A stretch of 62,662 nucleotides of DNA, counting the filler, from Limisphaerales bacterium (GTDB taxonomy: Bacteria > Verrucomicrobiota > Verrucomicrobiia > Limisphaerales > SIBE01): NCBI GenBank assembly GCA_044225505.1. It is 3 parts of 3 records of this genome, joined end to end, with 100 filler letters (N's around TTAATTAATTAA, not from the genome) between each part and the next. Parts side by side here need not be neighbours in the genome. Positions count along the whole stretch, not along the records: positions 59,590 to 62,662 come from JBGAIN010000326.1; 2 more parts are not named here. One strand, 5' to 3'. Positions 62,236 to 62,662 of this stretch are shown here, one piece after another; position 1 is the stretch's first letter; the number at the start of each line of letters is the position of its first letter. The notes under the pieces were generated by a model, which was given only the letters and a program-made list of their open reading frames with translations, ran no database searches and was not told the origin of the DNA. The position numbers and the translations under genes were made by a program.

Positions 62236-62662
62236 ATGTCCCGCTTTTCCATTCGCTATCCGTATCTGATCATCGTCATTTGTCTGGTAACCTGCGTGGT
62301 TGGGATCACCAGCCTCGTCCGCCTCCCGGTCGATCTCTTCCCGGCCATCAAAATCCCGGTGGTCGTTGTCGCCACTTTCTATTCCGGTATGCCGCCGGAA
62401 CAGATCGAAAATGATATTACGGGCCGGTTCGAACGGTTCTTTACTCTCGCCAGCGGCATTGATCATATCGAATCGCGCTCGCTACCTGGCGTCAGCCTAA
62501 TCAAAGTCTATTTCCAACCCGGCACAAATCCGGATTCCGCCGTCACAACGATCGCAAATCTGGCCTCCGCCAACTTACGTCGCCTGCCTCCAGGAACCTT
62601 GCCGCCGGTCGTCCTCAAATTCGACGCCTCCAGCCTCCCGGTCTGCTTGATCACGCTCAAGG
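62236..62662 (+). CDS. RND efflux permease (AcrB/CusA superfamily), N-terminal part, runs off the window
   Basis: MSRFSIRYPYLIIVICL..LPVDLFPAIKIPVVVVATFYSGMPPEQIENDIT..IDHIESRSLPGVSLIKVYFQPG; not in the ORF track because it lacks a stop. Confidence 0.93.
   Translation, partial: MSRFSIRYPYLIIVICLVTCVVGITSLVRLPVDLFPAIKIPVVVVATFYSGMPPEQIENDITGRFERFFTLASGIDHIESRSLPGVSLIKVYFQPGTNPDSAVTTIANLASANLRRLPPGTLPPVVLKFDASSLPVCLITLK

Noticed and set aside
1..62662. tRNA, rRNA, prophage or defence genes
   Set aside because: None recognised by eye; tRNAscan and Infernal were not run, so small RNAs cannot be excluded.

Overview
GC-rich bacterial draft-genome window. Gene content points to Verrucomicrobiota (Pedosphaera/Limisphaera-like) or another PVC lineage: DUF1553, DUF1080, H-X9-DG prepilins, many Tat-exported Gfo/Idh/MocA enzymes and ECF/kinase modules. 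It is three unlinked pieces joined by artificial 100-nt N44-TTAATTAATTAA-N44 spacers (29966-30065, 59490-59589). Piece 1 (1-29965): rex, gluconolactonase, five Gfo/Idh/MocA oxidoreductases, an ECF/anti-sigma operon, yebC, a monocistronic pilin-like gene with a sigma-54-type promoter, a futalosine menaquinone operon (ubiX-mqnP-mqnE-mqnA), ThuA-DUF1080, YceI, asd and a DUF5107-TPR protein. Piece 2 (30066-59489): a PA14 multiheme cytochrome, GH116, GH172/DUF2961, CBS-pyrophosphatase, a corrinoid protein/homocysteine methyltransferase/B12 radical SAM operon divergent from a complete hoxEFUYHW hydrogenase operon, and an accessory module (RAYT remnant, prepilin, ECF, Ser/Thr kinase-WD40, second ECF). 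Piece 3: histidine kinase, RND adaptor, RraA-like aldolase, RND permease. The most notable signals are: a TGTTACC-N14-CCG putative ECF promoter in front of three genes; two perfect palindromes in the hox/corrinoid divergent promoter; an RraA-like enzyme inside an RND operon; and several internal deletions, frameshifts and one amber stop that probably reflect sequence quality. No tRNA, rRNA or CRISPR was seen. All family calls come from motif recognition by eye, not database searches.
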